Origin: a virus
Taxonomy: Duplodnaviria; Caudoviricetes
DNA: 64,000 nucleotides
Strand: one strand, 5' to 3'
IMG/VR virus record: IMGVR_UViG_3300025915_000004
Span: 10,597 to 74,596 of that record
Shown here in pieces: positions 63,401-64,000 of this stretch (the first letter of the stretch is position 1; every line of letters begins with the position of its first letter). Made by a program: the position numbers and the translations under genes. The notes below the pieces were generated by a model. It did not search any database. It had not been told where the DNA came from and saw only the letters and a program-made list of their open reading frames with translations.

Positions 63401-64000
63401 TCACACACTCCGAAGTGCGCGGATCAGGCGCTGTGTCCGGGCGCCGCGGAACGGTCCGGTGCCTGTTGACGGCAGCGTCGCGGCGTCGGCGAACGGCGCT
63501 CCGGGTGTGCATCGGCAGGTTCCGCCGTGCACGGTGCCTGGATAGCCGATCAGCGGCATGGCGTCAGCCCGGAAGTTCTTCCCGTCGGCGTCCCTGCACT
63601 CCGGTGTGGTGCGGTCGTCCAGGTGTGTGTACCAGCCGAGCAGCAGGCCGTGTTCGAGCGCGGCCATGTCGACGGCCATGGCCGCTTTCGCACGGGCCCA
63701 GATCGCATCCCGGTGCTGCCCGAAGTAGCGCGTTTCACGTGAAACACCATCAAGCAGAGCTTTTCCGACGCTCTCGCCGTTCGAGCGGGCCCGGCGCAGG
63801 TCGTCGTTGAGCCGGCGGCCGACCGCCAGCACCATCTGCCCGCGCCGTACTTGGTTCAGGAGGGCGACTTGCGCGGTGGCCGGGCCGGCGATCCCGGTGA
63901 CTTCGGGCGGCATGGACATTACGACCTGCACGGCTGATTGCAGCGCTATGCGCTCGATGCCCGCCTGGAGGTAGAGCCGCGCCAGGAGCGCGGTGACGGC
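63401..64000 (-). CDS. MuF-like minor head protein (5' end outside window)
   Basis: W....D.RT..EC...DG.......PG..H...CRC motif; frame open to the right edge. Confidence 0.85.
   Translation of the reverse strand, partial: AVTALLARLYLQAGIERIALQSAVQVVMSMPPEVTGIAGPATAQVALLNQVRRGQMVLAVGRRLNDDLRRARSNGESVGKALLDGVSRETRYFGQHRDAIWARAKAAMAVDMAALEHGLLLGWYTHLDDRTTPECRDADGKNFRADAMPLIGYPGTVHGGTCRCTPGAPFADAATLPSTGTGPFRGARTQRLIRALRSV

Larger units (their letters stand above)
1..64000. mobile_element. Actinomycete siphovirus/prophage or phage-plasmid (partial; no ends visible)
   Basis: Contiguous head, tail, lysis, replication and early modules; no host housekeeping genes; AICE/plasmid-type tra operon in the same arm. 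Confidence 0.92.

Overview
The whole window is a large part of one GC-rich actinomycete (Streptomyces-like) siphovirus or prophage. No host housekeeping genes, tRNA/rRNA genes or CRISPR array are visible. (i) 64000->34361, minus strand: virion operon with MuF (partial), His-rich head-associated ORFs, Mu-I-type protease/scaffold, major capsid, small paralogous decoration-like proteins, tail tube, head-tail connectors, tail chaperones, tape measure with a lytic-transglycosylase domain, Dit/Tal-type and fibre-like proteins, and a holin-type cassette with no recognisable endolysin. (ii) 22064->34309, plus strand: family-A DNA polymerase, RuvC-like resolvase, SNF2 helicase, Cas4-like exonuclease, Sak4-like ATPase, DUF669-type SSB, DUF932 and a Xis/AlpA-like HTH. 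(iii) 21989->1, mostly minus strand: Prim-Pol, a Topo VI-A/Spo11-like (Mini-A) protein, a primase-associated helicase/Rep, an iteron plus AT-rich origin candidate, many small early genes, a secreted beta-helix protein, and a Streptomyces-plasmid/AICE-type transfer operon (GntR regulator, Spd/DUF2637-like protein, TraB/FtsK). The most notable observations are: the TraB conjugation module inside a phage early arm; a stand-alone copy of the helicase's C-terminal winged-helix encoded right beside the iterons; a 13-bp asymmetric operator-like motif at four promoters; an 11-nt start-associated motif limited to early genes; and a cluster of His-rich proteins in the head module. Terminase large subunit, portal, integrase and a classical repressor were not seen and may lie outside the window. 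All calls come from motif recognition by eye; no searches were run. Many starts were trimmed from the ORF track using RBS and stop/start overlaps.
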